A stretch of 63,432 nucleotides of DNA, filler included, from Reticulomyxa filosa (Eukaryota; Protista; Foraminifera), in assembly GCA_000512085.1 (NCBI GenBank). It is 20 parts of 20 records of this genome, joined end to end, with 100 filler letters (N's around TTAATTAATTAA, not from the genome) between each part and the next. Parts side by side here need not be neighbours in the genome. Positions count along the whole stretch, not along the records: positions 23,610 to 31,222 come from ASPP01038546.1; positions 31,323 to 33,019 come from ASPP01004213.1; positions 33,120 to 36,032 come from ASPP01002979.1; positions 36,133 to 38,282 come from ASPP01027224.1; 16 more parts are not named here. One strand, written 5' to 3'. This document shows positions 23,610-38,382 of the stretch, in pieces. The position numbers and the translations under genes were made by a program. The notes under the pieces are model-generated. The model made no database searches, was not told where the DNA came from, and worked only from the letters and a program-made list of their open reading frames with translations. Numbering within the stretch: position 1 is the stretch's first letter; every line of letters begins with the position of its first letter.

Positions 23610-26600
23610 AAGATTATCCAAAATACTTTGAATGGTTAATTCATTTGCATATTGAAACATTCCAACACTGATATTGATTTCACGTCTACCAAATATAGCA
23701 CGGTCATATATTTCATTCTCAATTGATTCAAAGTCGATCCATTCTTTACGATAATCTTGTCCATATTCTAAAGTTGGACAATACCATGATCGAATGATAT
23801 CATCAATTGTCTCTTTATCAATACAAATAATATCTTGATTGGAAATATTAAATAAAGATTTCGAAAAAATAATAGAAGTGGAATTGTTGCCATATTTTTG
23901 TTCACCTTTCTCCTCTTGTTTATTTTCGTTATTCGAAGAGGAAGATTTTCTTTTATAAGAACCAATACTTTTTAATAGATTATTTTGAATATCTTGTAAC
24001 ATCTCAACAATGGCAACAATGAATAATCCTGGAGTATTTGTATGTGCAGTGCAATGATTAAAACTGACCTCTTTATCGTCGTTGGATAACTTGGGAATTT
24101 TAATCTCTGTCGATCCGACAGTGACACGTTCATCCACAAACATATTCCAACATTGTTTGAATTTTTGCCATTCTTGAATGGCTTTCATATCACGACAATT
24201 GCTAATAATGATGTTCATTGTTGTATTTTGGCATTCTCGATGTGTCAATCTTCCAGAATATTCCATGTAACAATATTTCATCCATTGTCCAATAGAAGAT
24301 AAATACTTCACACATTTTAATTTGTTATATATTTTCAAAGTATTGAACAGTAAAGGATATTTGTTTGCCAATTTAAGATTGTTGTATAATTTAAATAACA
24401 GTTCTTCGGATGACATCTGCCGAGTTACTAAAAACAAATTGCGAATAAAAGATTCATTTGGAGAAATCTTTTCTTCCTTCTTTTCATGAATGATATGACT
24501 AATTTCACTGTCATAAACAAATGTGGATTCCAATATCTCTGGTGTGTTGAAAAATGATATATACTCATTTTCGAGCATTTTTTCAAAATTGTGAATGACA
24601 CTTGGGATCACAACTTGTACTGTCTCTGGACCTGTTTGATTGTACCATCGTCCGAATTCACAGAACCAACGATGCAATGCCATAGAAAGTTGTTCTTCAT
24701 TCAATTCTGCCATTTTACACAAAGACATAAATTTCTGCTGAGCGAGTTTCCATAAAGCAGCATTGCTGTATTTTGGATATTGTGGTAATTTGTCCAAAGT
24801 TTCTGGTTCGCTTACAGCTCTCAACAATAGTGTCAGGAAGTTCAGTAATTGCAACAATTCACAAATCACTGGAGATACGTCGATTTGTGATTTAAGATCG
24901 AAATCCACATTTGGATTGTGTCTTTTTAAAAAAAAAAGAGAATAACAGCAATAGTTCATAGAATAAACAGTGTAAAAAAAAAATACATACGAATTATCAA
25001 TATCAGATTGTATTGTGAGGAGTTCTGGTTCATCAATCTTCGCAGAACACCAAGGATCAGAGCATTTGGTAACTCTTCGAACAGTGCCACGTCTTTTCAT
25101 CAACAAAGCATGCCCATTTCGACAATGATGCAATGAAAAGGTGCTAATTTTGACATTTTCATCCTTTGCTGGCTCCCCTGGCATGCGTTGGTTTTCATAT
25201 TGATCAGGATTGTTTAGTAATATTGTAAATGGATTGGCTGTCATAGTTTCAAACAAAGTAAAGTAAATAAATAAGTCAATTAAAAAAATGTGAAATATCA
25301 ATTGTTGTTTTGAAAAACTTTTGGTGATTTGAAGGGTTCCTAGCCAATGAAAACTAAGTTTGGCAACAATAGGACGGACCGTATCTTCGGCATTGGACAA
25401 ATAAAAGGTTAGCGCTCGTGTGCTGAGATCTTGGTTAAATAGATTTACGATACAAGCAGTTCCAGTTCTAGAACGAACAATATTGCAGCTCCACAACTGT
25501 GATAGTACTAGATATTTAGAGTGCAGTAAGAGAGAAAAGTATTGTGATAAAGATGATGGTATTTGTTTTGTGGTATAAAAACATACATGGAGTGGTCGAG
25601 GATTTGCGAGAGACGTCTAAAGGAGGTACGATGGACAGGGAAGCCATTAACAAAGGAACAAAATCTTCTTTCTCTTCGACGACGCAATCTTTGATGGGCT
25701 TAGACAGCAATAATTTATTTTTGAAATCATTATATTTATCCGCGAAGGTTTTATCAAATGGCATCTCCAGCCATTCATGCTTGTCTCTTGGTTTCAACCT
25801 CGAAAACACACAACTCTGCTGCTTTTCGGGCTCAAAGATGGGACATCTCTTTCTTATATTGGGCTGAATGAAAAAGGTTTGTGTCCAACAAGGACCTTTC
25901 AACATACAACACTGTTTTAAAAACCAAATATGCAAGTATTGTTCGTACACATCCAAATAATCGCCAAATTGAGTTTTCTTGCTTTTGAAATATGACAATC
26001 CGTCACTGATACTCTCCAAAGTAGCATTAAAGGTTTCAATGGTAAATTCCTCGATTGTTTTAAGTCTACATAAAGAATCTATATATTTTGTCAATCGCAT
26101 TTTAAGTTTGGAAATAGCTTCAATTTTTTCAATTGGATTCGGATTTGACACTATTTTACACTCCAATATCGTTTGATTCATTAGCATTTGTTCGTATGCG
26201 CGATTCAAGGAAGCGTTTTTGCAACCATGTTTTTCAATTAAGGTTGGATCCACCCCTTTGACGTTAATAAGTAGGAGTTTCAATGCTTGTAGCTTTAACA
26301 TATTTACAGAAGAGTCTTCAGGCAACCCTTCGACTCTCTGCAGAATATGCCCAATTATATCTTGAAATGTTGATTTGGCTGTTTGTTCATCCAAATGTTC
26401 CCTTCGTTGTATGATATGCAACAAGTCTCGAATGAAATATGTGATTTTTCGTATCAATGAAGCAGAAAGAGAACGACTCCCAATAATCGAATCTATAATT
26501 TGTATCAGTATGTCATCTGTAGCAAATCCTCGCTTTGCCAACATCAATATATTCACTGCGACAAGATCCTCGTTGGATGAGGTTGAATAACAATTGATTG

Positions 26601-29600
26601 TCCAAAAGTGTTTGAGTCCAAGATTTTTCATCTGAAGCTGTCGATACATAGACAAAAATTCTTGGTATTCCTTCTCTTTTGAGCATCGTTCGTGTAGAAA
26701 ACACGCAATATTTTGCAAAGCATCACATGCAAGATGGATTTTGCGAGAAACGTTATCAGCGTCATTCATTTGGGACGGATTCCAAAAGAAGTAGCTGGAC
26801 AAGTGCACTGTCGCTTTGACCAATTGAATCAGCGGGGAATATTTCACAGTGGACAATTTTTTGATGCTAGACCAAGTCTCCTGATCGTTACACAGTAGCA
26901 ACAATTGAATATAATTCTCAATCACATCTTCCATATAGTAAAGAATCACTTCGATCATTTGAATATTATTTTTGAATCCGTGTCCCCAATTATAATTCGA
27001 CTAATCCAAAACACAATGCTTTTGACAAGATCGGGCATATCGCTATTTGCTTGGACAGAAATACAGTGATGAAACATCCCTCGAATCACATCTTTTGTGT
27101 ACATCGCACATTCTTCTTCGTCACACTGATCCAACACGAGAAATGGTTTACCATAGAGATACACCTTTTGCTTAACGAAAGATACAATCCTCAATACCTC
27201 GTCGTCAATGATAGTTTTGTCTCTGTACTTCTTCAAGCCAATAATATGCTTGTGGGCCCATTTGTCACCATTGCCCCACCAAAGATAAATCAATCGAATT
27301 TGTGCAACAAACCAAATATGAAAATTCCAACTAAAAGGAAATTGTGCTTTATACAACATTTTCACCTTGAAAAAATGCAAGTTATTGTCCAAAGTATTTT
27401 CATGAGTGGACAGGGGGATAAAAAATTCACTTTTCGCACTCTCAATAAAAATTGTGGACAAAGACTCTTTCGGATTAACAGCCACTGCCTATTTGACAAT
27501 AATACAAAAATGTAATATATTTATTATAGTTGTTATTGTTAGTGCTGTCGTTGAAAGATTAGAACATGAAAAGGAATCTTTTTTTGTAATTTGATTAAAC
27601 TTCCAAATAACAATGTTCGCAAAGTGACAACATAACCTGGATCCACCCTTTGGTGATCAAACTGTCCACAATATTTTCGTAGTTTTGAATAAAACTATAT
27701 TGATGTCCATTTTTGTGAAGTTGTAGCTTTTTATACAACCCCTTTTCCAAAATCTCGCAAATTGAAGCGCCACTAGTCATTTTGTTCACTTCTTGTTTCA
27801 GTCGCCTTCTCATTAGGTTTTGAATAGCTTCTGACAAGATACTGATATCTCTAAATCCGTGTTTGATATTTGACAAGGCGTTATGACCAAAAGGAAATTT
27901 CAAGTAATAAAATGCTCGTTGTAAACTCTTTTTCAGTATCTTTTGTCATATTTAAGTGTGCAGAGAATTATTAAGACATCTACAAGACTAACAACAAAAA
28001 TAACTGAAGCAGAGTATGGATCGTCAATCATCGTTAATTGGTTATTTCGAAGCATATCTTGCAAAGAGAGTAAAGATTGATTGATCAGTGAATCCACAAA
28101 TACTATCTTCCATTTTCTATATTTTTCCCAATTTTTTAAAATTAAATACAAGTGCAATTAATATAGAAAAGAGAAAGACAGATGAACTTGGTAAAAATGA
28201 TCGGAAAAGTATACTGCAGTTTATGCACATTACGCACGATCAGAACAACCAATTTCCTTTTTGGATTTTGCGTATTGCTATCTTTCTCATCGTTTTCATT
28301 TTTGTTGTCTTTGTAATATGAAGTGTGAGCAGCTTCAAGAATCCATTTAATTTGGAAAAATTGTGTCAAATCCTCCGAATGTTTATATTGATATCTTAAG
28401 ATGAACTTATCAGAATCGCTTTCAGTAAAGAATCGTTTGATATCTTGTTCAAAATGACTTACTTTCGCATAGTCTTCCACACGTTTGCAATCCCATTTGC
28501 GTTGAAAGGTCTTTTGCATTTCATCAGATGTCAATATTAACAACATTTTGTTATCACATAACTCTTGTGTTTCATTCACCACTCCTTTCTATGCACATAT
28601 TAATATAATCGTTTATGTTTATATTAAAGTTGTTATATTAGCAATAGAGCACTCAACAAATGTAAGGAAAGTCGGTTTGATTGGATTGCTCCCGTTGAAG
28701 TGTTTGTGCATATGCAAATCCACAATTTTTTCAGGATTGAGAAGAGGAGAAAAGAGTTGGAGTAGCGAATCGGTTTCAGTTTGTGTCAACTCTTCGTTTT
28801 TGCTGTCAGTGGATGAAAATAACTCTAGTGGTAATACACATGAAATGGCCGAAGGAATGGTATCTTCATTAAATCCATAAAACAAGTAGGGTAGGTCTTG
28901 ATTGGAAATGCAGTATATTCGGCACAAATGTTGTTGAAAGGCATCCACTTTTTTAGTTAGCGATGGCGACAGCGATTTACGATAGGATATCCATTGTTTT
29001 TCAAATCGATGAAAAAATGCCTTTTGCATCTGTTTGGGAGAAAAAAATCACTTTCAAATATTGTTTTGTTCAATACATTTTAATTTAACTGGATCATTAA
29101 AATCTTCTTCTCGAATCACAACAATGCATCGAAATGCATCCGCGACAATGCAGTTTCTACCGTGACTCTCCACAGACATTCTACAAATATTTTGACCTGT
29201 ATATATGTAAATAAACATATATGTATGTATGCATATATAATTCTTTTTAAAAAGAGTTGATAAAGACAATAACCTTGACGATTGATCTGATATCTTTGAT
29301 TGAGCATATCGTATAGACATTCATGAATAGACTTCAAATTGAATAAAAGCACCTTTTTACCTGCCTCCATGCAATTGGAGACCTTTTGCAAATGATCAGA
29401 ATTTGTGGAAGCGATTAGATCAGCTGGAAATCGGCTTTCAAACAAAAAGGTCACATCATGGTGTGAAAGTATATTATGATCCAATAACAGTTGCCAAGAG
29501 TATTGATTTTCACAAATTAACAAACAATGTCTACAATGCACATCATTAAGATTGGCTTTGACACATTGCAAAGCCTCCCAGCAATTCATTTTTTCCAACA

Positions 29601-31222
29601 CTTGTTCTTTTCTTAATCCTGACCTCTTTTGCAAATAATTTGTCAATGCGTCTTGATACTCTTTTCCTTTATAACCACCCAAATTTCTCATTACACCTTC
29701 AAATGATTGACAAGGATTTTGTCCAGTTCCCAAGGAATGTCGAATTAAGGCATAGAAATCTCTGGTGCCTAAATAATTGGTTTCACCAAATGTGAGAAAA
29801 TCCATCGTTTTGGTAGTGAATAGCTCTTTGAATACATCCACAAGCAATTCAATGTCATGTTCTGATGTACTTATTTTTGTTGAAGTAGAATTCTTTCGTT
29901 TGTCTTGGTACATTTTCTTTGCAATATTTTCCAAGTCAGTTGGAGCAATGGATGGAATCTGATGTATTATCACACGATTCATTTTCGCAGCATCCAATGA
30001 CCAATTGGATAATCCCACAAATGCAATTTGTGGGCGTTCCAACAAGTGATGCAATACCTTCAAAGGAGAGTGTTTCGAACGCTCCGCCAAGCCAATTTCG
30101 TCCAATAACAACACTGGCCAAATGACTGGATCTTTCAAAAAGTCTGTGGCTTGTTTCCATCTCTCAATTATTCCAAAGGGTTTACTGTCTTGAGTACATT
30201 GAAAGGACACAAGGTGAAGTGGTTTTACTTTCAACTTAAAGTTTCTTTCATTTAATTTCGCTTGAAATTCTTCAATATTAGACTCAGACAAGTTATGTCG
30301 AAGGATTTCCAAGGACAGGGTTTTCGAAGTTCCAGGTTCCCCAATCACTATAACTTTACAACATACATCATTTTTTGGAGTGAGATATATACTACTTAAA
30401 TAAAGAAGATGTTTAGACAAAACTGGGAGTGGTAGAACTGATACATACAAATAACATAAATAATATTTCGCGCAGAATTAAAGTCATTGCGATGCCTGAG
30501 TTTATTTATTTTTTTAATTTATTGATAAGATATTAATATTTTTTTTTTACAAGAAAAGAGTACCTGGAGGATAAGAGAACGTTTTGCAAAGTCGATCCAC
30601 TTCTTCATACAGAATATTCTTAAAAGTGGTATTCTCTATCTTTATAGCTGAACTGTATTGGATTCTGTCATCCTTGTTTAAACGAAAGTAGTAGCATAAT
30701 CCCACAGAAACAATCAAAGAGCGTTGAATTTGTTCGGAGATAGGGGTTTGTTTATAAAAATGATTCGAAATCCAAACAAAAAATGTCAAACATCTTTCCA
30801 CATCTCGCAAAGACACTACTGACGTATCTTGCAATTTCTGACGAATAAATTCTTGTGAAGTGCAAAGAAGATTTGTAACAGTTATCAATCTCTTTTCAAA
30901 CTCCCTCTGAATGATAAGATTCAATGCACTTTTTCTCTCTTTGGCCATTTCCAATATGTATTGTCTTTCATCTGAACTTGGCAATGATCCAAATTGCCAA
31001 ATGTGCAATTTTATACTTTCACATAAAGGGGAAACTCGATATACATATTTCGCTAAACTATCTCCTCTAAACCATGCTTGTTCTTTTTGATTGAGTTTGC
31101 GTTCACGATATGGATTGCACGCAGCAATTATTTTGATTCCATCAGGTAGTGCAGTTCCATCCAAACTATGATTACAAATCAATTCATTAAACCATCCAAT
31201 GTCTGGTGATACGTTGAATTCA
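23610..31222 (-). CDS. RNF213/mysterin-like giant AAA+ E3 ligase, C-terminal half (multi-exon, both ends truncated)
   Basis: IIAACNPYR, YVYRVSPL, WQFGSL, VSLRDVERC, GEPGTSKTLS, SFQC, LLLDEIGLAERSKHSPLKVLHHLLE, VGLSNWSLDAAKMNR, RDFYALI, LYDMLNQRY, RFEKQ, an RZ-like CRNGH motif and LEYGQ...DFESIE occur in RNF213 order. Confidence 0.9.
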
Positions 31223-34200
31223 NNNNNNNNNNNNNNNNNNNNNNNNNNNNNNNNNNNNNNNNNNNNTTAATTAATTAANNNNNNNNNNNNNNNNNNNNNN
31301 NNNNNNNNNNNNNNNNNNNNNNTGATATTTCATACTCCTGAATAATATTTATTTTTCATTTTATAAAATAGATTTTATTTAGAAAATTTATTTACACACA
31401 TTCTCGTTTTTGTGTAGTCAAAATTGAAACAGAAGCCCTTGCATCATCAAACTATCTATATCTTAAAAACTACTCAACTTCGTGAGTCTTTAGCTAAGAC
31501 TAGATATCATCTTTCAACTTTCACTTGAAGACGGAACAAAGTTATAATCTCTTGTAACTTCTACAAGGTGGAAGATTCTTACGACGTGACGCTTGTTTTG
31601 ATATTGCATAGAGCATAGGAGAATCGGAGATTGATTCCTCACTTTACATTCAAGGAGAGCGCAAGTCAAATACAACTAAGTAACAACAATAGGATGAATT
31701 TTTTATGATAATTAATGCAAGATATTTATATTTTTGATGATAGAATTTAAATGCATATTCAAATGCGACATGTGGAATATTTTCAAAACAAAGAGACAAT
31801 ACAACACGATATATTACAACATCAATTAGCATAATTGAACATTCTAGCAATTGATTTAATGTATAGTCGCACGTGCACCATTTATGTAATGCAGTTTGTG
31901 TATAAGTTTGGCACGCAACAAACGTACGAATCAGCTTTGGCATCAATCAACCAAAAACTTCTTTTTCTAATGGTGGCAAAGTGGAGTCACTGCAAAAAAA
32001 AAAAAAAGAGTATAGTGTATCTACTACCTTAAATATTATACGATTGAGTAATTGGTCGCTCCCTCTTACATTTGCATGCAATACACGTGCATATTTATAT
32101 ACAAAGATATAGGCATATATCTCTTTGATACTGTGACAATATACAAGTTACAAAACATGTGTGTCTGCAATATATATGTTTCATTCGTTTGGGGATTTAT
32201 CTTCCAAAAATAGAGAAATTGCGATACATTGATTTGTTTCAATAGAAAAAGTTGTAATAAATAATTCCTCTTTATTTCTGATTTGGAATCGCAAAAATAA
32301 TTTATGGTTGAAGAATATTGTGCGAGTTTATCTAAAGAAGAGATTACTTGATCATTTTCAACCTTATTAATTTAAAAAGATAAAAGAAAAAACAAAACAA
32401 GATAAAGAAATTCCAACAGGAATTTAAAATCTCGAAATCAACGAATATCCAGGTTTATACCATTCTATTCAAAATACAATCCAAAAAAAACAAAGTTTGC
32501 AGGTGTGATTACATAATCAAATAAAATATCACAGAAATAATTATTATAAATGATAAATCATAAAAAGATAATCTAAACTCGACGAAAGCGAATAATATCA
32601 TATATTGACGGCCGTTATTAAACATTAGAATCGACCACATAAAGAGGATGTCAAGTCGCCACATTATCAAATGAGCACTTGCACATCCTCTAATAAACGC
32701 GGACCACATAGAGTGGGAATGACAAAGCATCCCAATGCGCGTTAATATCTATTGTCACAAGCCAAATGACTTTGAAATAGATACGTCGCGCTGACTGGAG
32801 TCATCATAATGTTTGTCCACATCAGTGGACTATTCACATTTGCAGGATTGGTGGATATGATGACTCCAAATGATGCAAATACTGCATCGAAGCTGGTCCA
32901 CATAAGCGTGCACAAAATAACAACACAAAAACAAGGAGCCCCACGACAGTATATGCAACAGGACAGATACCACATCATCACCATCATACAATAAACTCAG
33001 CAACGGGTACCAATGAAAGNNNNNNNNNNNNNNNNNNNNNNNNNNNNNNNNNNNNNNNNNNNNTTAATTAATTAANNNNNNNNNNNNNNNNNNNNNNNNN
33101 NNNNNNNNNNNNNNNNNNNATATATATATATATATATGTGATATATATTTTTCCTGCAACACATTGTTGTATGCTTGTGTGTCCAAAAGACTTAGTTATC
33201 ATGTCCTTTGACTACTATGGTCTTTATCTATTGAAATTAATACTTTACAATATCTTCTTCGATGAGATGAAACAAATTGTAAAGTTTAAATCATTTTATC
33301 TCTTAACATTATATAAATATATTTATGTATATACGATCTACTTTACATAAATAAATCAACTAGCTTCTGCGACAAAGATATTGTAATTGTGCAATGTATA
33401 GACTACTAAAGTCTCGCAAATGTCAAGATGGCCATCAAAGTGATTTGAGACCAACTCGACCAAGGTCGATGAGAGACATTTTGTCTTCACTGAACGCTAT
33501 AGTCATGTCGTCGTCCTGCAAACGGCGTTGCGCTTCTTCTTTAATTTGTCCAAGGAAGTGTTGAAGAATAACGCTAGGCACAACGGTCATTCCTATGGAA
33601 AAGCGGGACCTCAAACAAAACAAAATGGAGACAGTGGCTATTGGCTGATGTAATTATTATATATGTACATATTTTGTAGCAAGATACGATCCAACACGTT
33701 CACTATCCTATTCATCGGTGTTGGGTTATAAATCAATTTATTATATGTTCTCATCTTGGATCATTTATTTATTTGGCAGATCAATAACAACAGAAGTGGA
33801 ACATATCAATTATCATACATTCTTTAATTAGGCTATCCAAAGCTTAATGCTGTTTTTGAGCGATTAGTGCAAATTCCTATTTTGAATTAAATGCGTCAAT
33901 CATTATGTGGCATGCATCAAAATGGTGTGAATTCTTGTATTAATGTTGCCAAATTTGTTTAGTGTCAGTAGACTACTTTGAGTTATTTCCAGTGTCAACT
34001 TCCGCGACAAATATAATGAATATATGGAAATTGGATACCTTTCTGGAGACAATTGATAGTTTTTTCATTTTTTGGTATGCGCTAACCTGCGTTTTATGTG
34101 GTGATTTGTACAATGAATTAATACGTGGTATTAAGCAAGATCCATTACAAATCAAAATACATTAAATGATTTTTATTTTGTCATTTAACAAAAATGAAAC

Positions 34201-37200
34201 ATGTTTGCAAATACGCTTATATCCAGAAAATAAATCTATTATTTTAGCTGTAGCATTAAGAAAAGTAAAAGAAGTTATGTTTAAACAAGATTGATTGTTA
34301 CAGGTAGAACATCAAATGATGTAAAAGAATATTTTGCATGGATAGGAAGATATCGTGAATTATCAAATAATTTAAAATAATTATTATCCAGAATGGTATT
34401 AAAAAGAAAAAATAAATGATATTAATAATAAAAGTAAGCATGCGGAAATGAAAGGATATATTATTGTATGAAAAGAAAATGGTCTTGGTTAAAAGTTTGA
34501 TGTACATATCTAGTGTGAACATCGTATATAAAAAAAAATCAATTTATGATTTATGACAAAAAAAAGACAAGCTAATTGACAACAATAGTATTGGATATTG
34601 AATATTGAATCGGACTATTTTTTAAAATAAGAATTAAGAAAACAAAATAATACATATGTATTTGCATATATAAGGTTGTAGTAAAGAAAAAATTATACAT
34701 AATTATATTCTAATAGATAATTGTGAAATGTAATGAAGGAATTCAAGGCAATAACAAAGTTATTTACATTATTTTATATGTGTTTGTTGTTTGAATGATT
34801 GTCAGAAACAATTACAAGTAAACTCAGGAAATAAAAAGAAAATTAATATTATAGTATTGAAAAGAAACATAATCTATTGATAAAACCTGTTTGATATCAG
34901 TATCAAAAGCAAGATTACATTATGGATTGGATAATATTACAATCACATTCATTGTCAAAGCATATTTTGTAATTTTGAATATTTGATTTGTGCAAGTGGA
35001 GATTTAATATTTGTGAAAGATAATAATTATCAATGTCTATATACGATCAAATAAGACATTATGCAAAGATATTGAACACATAATGCACATTATTAAATTA
35101 AGATATTGTAACGCATGCATTGGATGAAAATAACTGTTGACAAATGGTAACATTTTGTAAACATTATCGTTCAATGGAAAAAAACAAATCCATAAAGAAG
35201 GCATTGGAGAGGTATAATGAAATACCAAGACTACTTGGTGTTATTTATCAAAATGCAAGAAATATGAAATATATATCATTTTATAGAAGCATGAATTGAC
35301 AAAGGATATATTTATATTACCAGAAAAATACAATAATTTTGGCAAAGAGTTTGTACTTGCATTTTAAAAATATTTTCATTTCATTCAGAAAAGTGATCAA
35401 TTATCCCGCTGAAAGAAGTTGATCAATCCAAATAAATGCTCCAAACAAGAATTGATATGGATGAGTACGAAACAACGATTGCATCATCTGTCTCAAACAT
35501 TGCTGCAAAGCCTAATCAAAAAGAAGAAATTCGAAGGGATACAGTATATTCATAATAAGCATTACAATCAAAAAATGAAATAAAATGCACAATTCAACAA
35601 TTTAAGTGCAAAAGAAACAATTGAATTCATTATTATCAAAAAATTATTATAAAGAAATTTGCCAATTTGATAAGCTGAAAATGTCAGATTATTAAAAAAA
35701 TATATGACATACAAAACTTAAACTGCCGTTATTCCAGGAAAAAAAAGGAGACTCCTGCAATGGGAGGGGAGGAAGGTGGGCGACAGTTAGAGCAATTGTG
35801 TACAAACAAGACAATGTGTGAAACACTTTTGAAAACGCCAACGAAAAAGCTATAAAAACTCAACAAAATAAAACATAAACTTTGCATTTTGTAAGGTTTT
35901 TAAAAATAGGCACAAAAAATTTCAAATACAAGCGAAATCATTTTTTAAAATAAAGAAAAAGGAAAAAAAAAACAAGTATTACTGGCTTCGAAACTAAAAG
36001 AAACTTAATAAAAATTCGTGTGTCAAGAATTCNNNNNNNNNNNNNNNNNNNNNNNNNNNNNNNNNNNNNNNNNNNNTTAATTAATTAANNNNNNNNNNNN
36101 NNNNNNNNNNNNNNNNNNNNNNNNNNNNNNNNACTACTTTTTTGGATGGTGGTCTTGTCAATGGCAGACCATTCCAATTTTCAAATTTGAGTGAGTCGAG
36201 TTTTGATAACCGAACAATTCGCTCATATCCATAGCAACGGCGTTTTTGAGATGAGAGAGATGAGACGAGAGAAGAGAGGGAGAGGGGCTCGACCGCTGAC
36301 ATAAATATTGCACTCAGCAGGGCCCAGCGCCACCAACACATTGCAAATATCCAAGCTTTTATTTTGTTCGGCAAATGATGGAGCGACTTTTGAATGGCCG
36401 ACTCATTATCGATTGGCACGACTTGTTGCTTTTTGCAATAGATGGTGCAACAACACTACCTCTCTTCCGCGACACCAACAGCAGTGGATCAAATATCAGC
36501 GCACACAATACCAGTCCAACGTATTGAAGTAATTGACAAATGAGTAAAAGGAACATGGACTGCGTTATCGTTGTTGTCGTTGTCATTATCATTGGACTGC
36601 GCTTGACATTGTTACACGCCGCCCAGTAGTTTCTATTGAGGGAGCGCACTATGTAAAATCAGCCCATGTTAAGATTCGCAAAGCCGCTACTGTGAGTGTG
36701 AAGAGCCATTCTTAATCAAAGTAAAATCGACGGAATGCTTTTTTTTTAAAAAAACAAATCCAACGACGCATTGACTTGAATACTCTTCTTTCACATCATC
36801 TCCTTCTTATTTATTAATGACCTTGACCAGAGTATCGCAAAACTCATCCACCAAATTGGAGCCACAACAACATCTGCGGAATGGTTCCATGTGAGATGGC
36901 TTACTCGACACCATATGTGCTTGTTTTCTGTAACGCACATCATCTTTTTCTTTGTCTTGCATTTTTCCATTTCTTCGACAAATCCAGTCATGATGTCGTA
37001 TCGTTGTTGTTTTTTTTTTTTTTTTGCTTGACGTCTTTCTTTCTGGATCTTGATGCTGCCAGACACGAAGCCCACCAAAAAGAAATATTATCCGCGATCG
37101 AACTAGGACATTTTTTTTCAACTATTTCAATGCCATCTTACGATGGATAATTTCTAAATACGAAGTTCATCCACTCTGTCGCCATTGTAATGATGAACAC

Positions 37201-38199
37201 GTTGGATAATGATCGCGCTTAAAAATTTCTGCATCCATCACCATGCGCTAATTCGACAATATTGGGATTGGCGATTCAATGAGGGAGGATACCATTCGTA
37301 TTTTTTTTTTTTCATTATTGGACTATTCGTGTTTGAGTGTAATAGTTCAACAATCTTGAGTACGCCAAAGTCACTACGAGATTCAAAATTTAAAACAACG
37401 TCGGTTCGAATCAAACTAAACTTGACGATCTGCACCTTATTGTTCTCCAAGTACTGTGATAGTGCAACGAATACAAAGTATTGCGTCACATCCGACACGC
37501 TGTCTGTAATTCACAGTCGATCTGGAGACCACCACTGCAGAGTCGAGTGCCTTGTGTCTGTTGAATAAGCGCTGATGATCTTTGCCTAACTAAGCCAGTT
37601 TTCTCGATATCTTTTCACAATCATTAATGTTTACGTCGCTCACGATCTCACCATTTCTTCCAGCAGCAACACACAGACGATTAAAAAACCAATGTTGCGA
37701 ATGTGCGTACGCTTACGACCAGTTTCGACACGAGTAGTTAGCGCTGTTTTTATAACAATCTCGCTTCCCTTGCTCGCTGGAACATGGAAATCGCAGCTCA
37801 ATTTCCTATTTGCGGATAAGTGTTGGAGTGACACATCACCAGAGACTTGTGTGCAAATATGTTGATGGTCACGTTCGTTCCAATTGTTCGCTTTACCACT
37901 GCAAAGCATTTCCACACTTATTCACTGTCTTTGGTCGGCGCGCCTTCTATTGAAAGGTAGTGTATGGTCTGGAAACACAAAGTCTTCACTCGCGGGCGTG
38001 AAGAGCCATACATAAACATACTTAGAAAATCTAGAGACTGTTTTTTTTTTTTAACGACATAACGCGCAATTCTTTCTTCATCCACATCCTTCTCCTCATC
38101 TTTCTCATATTTATCTCCTTGACTGTTAAATCTCCACGGAGTTTCGCACAACTTCCACCAAGTTGAACCACTTCGGAAAGCATGCAGCCTTCTTCATAA

Positions 38200-38282
38200 T
38201 TCTTTTTACCAACGCTTTTTTCACACTGATTTTTTCCTATGACCTTTTCCCAATGATTTTTTCCCAATGACTTTTCCCAATG
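38200..38282. repeat. Degenerate 13-15 nt tandem repeat (TTTTCCCAATGA core) running into the contig end
   Basis: ttttcccaatga / tttttcccaatga / ttttcccaatg copies with more diverged units upstream. Confidence 0.6.
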
Positions 38283-38382
38283 NNNNNNNNNNNNNNNNNN
38301 NNNNNNNNNNNNNNNNNNNNNNNNNNTTAATTAATTAANNNNNNNNNNNNNNNNNNNNNNNNNNNNNNNNNNNNNNNNNNNN

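Noticed and set aside
19265-31222. CHAT, NLR-like, GID2 and RNF213 genes as a defence island
   Set aside because: Each lies on a separate contig, so adjacency is an artefact of concatenation
31323-38200. Short ORFs on three contigs as genes or a retroelement
   Set aside because: No RT, RNase H, transposase or other motif could be confirmed; frames are heavily interrupted
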